Positions 28,606 to 29,526 of a DNA stretch of 29,526 nucleotides are shown here, in pieces. The position numbers were made by a program, and so were the translations under genes. This DNA comes from Thermodesulfobacteriota bacterium (lineage in GTDB: Bacteria; Desulfobacterota; Desulfobacteria; Desulfobacterales; C00003060). Below the pieces are notes generated by a model that saw only the letters and a program-made list of their open reading frames with translations, made no database searches and was not told the DNA's origin. Within the stretch, counting starts at the first letter, position 1. Every line of letters starts with the position of its first letter. The DNA lies in assembly GCA_034189385.1 (NCBI GenBank), contig JAXHVD010000032.1, positions 1 through 29,526 of the forward strand. Reading direction: 5' to 3'.

Positions 28606-29184
28606 ATGAGCACTAAAACCACTTTTCATACCGCGTACAGTCTTCTGGTGAAAGACTTCCTGAGACTGTGTGAGTTCATCGCCCCCCATAACTCAAACTT
28701 GGCCACCTTCTCGCATAGGAACTACGAGCTTCTACTCCGAGTGTGCACAGAATTCGAGAACCTGTCGAAATTCGTTCTGACTGAGAACGAATACGCAAAG
28801 AGAGAGAATATGAATATCCAGGATTACAGGCATCTCGAAGAGTACTTTGAACTCAGCAAGCAGGAGGCCGGTCTCTTATTTTGGACGCCGAAAAAGAAGT
28901 TTGTAAGGCCCTTTGCAGACTGGGCTCATTCCAATAGTCCCTTAAGCTGGTATCAGGACTACAACAAAGTAAAGCACAACCGAGAAGCAGAATTCCCGCT
29001 GGCGTCTTTTAATAACTTGGTGCTGTCTCTTTCCGGTCTCTTTCTCTGTCTTCACGCAAGATTCAGGCGATCCTTCTTCAATCCATATAGCCCGGGGGTG
29101 CGGTCAGGCGGAAGTTCTAGTGGAGGGTATACGGAGATTCAACTTGACAACTCCATATTTAGTGTCAGGAGAGAAACTCCTTAA
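28606..29184 (+). CDS. Gene-cassette hypothetical protein, possibly HEPN-like
   Basis: LLLRVCTEFE...PFADW...WYQDYNKVKHNR; ATG directly after GTTGGG, stop codon inside the attC R'' box. Confidence 0.75.
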   Translation: MSTKTTFHTAYSLLVKDFLRLCEFIAPHNSNLATFSHRNYELLLRVCTEFENLSKFVLTENEYAKRENMNIQDYRHLEEYFELSKQEAGLLFWTPKKKFVRPFADWAHSNSPLSWYQDYNKVKHNREAEFPLASFNNLVLSLSGLFLCLHARFRRSFFNPYSPGVRSGGSSSGGYTEIQLDNSIFSVRRETP

Positions 29185-29241
29185 CAAGTGGCTTCACAAG
29201 GTCTGCTCGAACCTCTCGGCCTGTGAGCCACAGCGTTGGCA
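29179..29241 (+). mobile_element. Integron attC recombination site
   Basis: R'' CCTTAAC, 5-nt spacer, L'' GCTTCACA, L' TGTGAGC (one extra base in L''), 6-nt spacer, R' GTTGGCA; 63 bp. Confidence 0.8.
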
Positions 29242-29250
29242 TGTAAGGGC

Positions 29251-29526
29251 ATGAATCCGGACACTCTAAAACAAGAGCTGAGAAGGTGCGCGCTGGTATT
29301 TTCCAAACGGAGAGGCCTACTAGTAGATGACTCCCATTCCTCCGCCATCATCTTCCGTAATATCGCAGACAATTTTCACCCTGAGTCCTATACTAACATA
29401 ACCATGCATTCCGACTGGAACGCCCGAACAAAGAAAAGGCACCAGAATGTGCCCGATGCTAAGGAAATGCAATCATCCAACAGCAGCGATGCACTATTGA
29501 TGAATATCTTCTGCCACCCATCGGTA
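29251..29526 (+). CDS. Second cassette ORF (partial), resembles PGN_0703-type putative restriction endonucleases
   Basis: Manual translation MNPDTLKQELRR...NFHPESY...EMQSSNSSDALLMNIFCHP, open to window end; family call from recalled motif only. Confidence 0.6.
   Translation, partial: MNPDTLKQELRRCALVFSKRRGLLVDDSHSSAIIFRNIADNFHPESYTNITMHSDWNARTKKRHQNVPDAKEMQSSNSSDALLMNIFCHPSV

Overview
Bacterial accessory region; the gene and repeat style suggests a Desulfobacterota/deltaproteobacterium (inference). Left to right: the 5' half of an N-type ATPase operon (atpD-atpC-atpQ-atpR-atpB, minus strand), a CNNM/CorC protein, a glucosylglycerate-synthase-like glycosyltransferase, pgk, YitT, HU and two tandem small paralogs. 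Next come an orphan sigma54 enhancer-binding protein with a degenerate receiver, an acidic secreted protein, DksA, an acyltransferase and small proteins. These are followed by a coupled four-gene operon (PLP ThrC-like enzyme, DUF1611, PP-loop/Zn ATP-pyrophosphatase-creatininase fusion, dipeptide epimerase), groES-groEL, a PAS protein, two Hsp20 genes, a J-domain remnant and a HEPN(nonsense)-MNT pair between direct repeats. The window ends with a candidate sRNA and the start of an integron-type cassette array (attC, no integrase seen). The strongest non-obvious signal is three sigma54 promoters with near-identical architecture (three GGAAC-N5-GTTCC palindromes, an IHF-like site, TGGCAC-N5-YTGC), one upstream of groESL.
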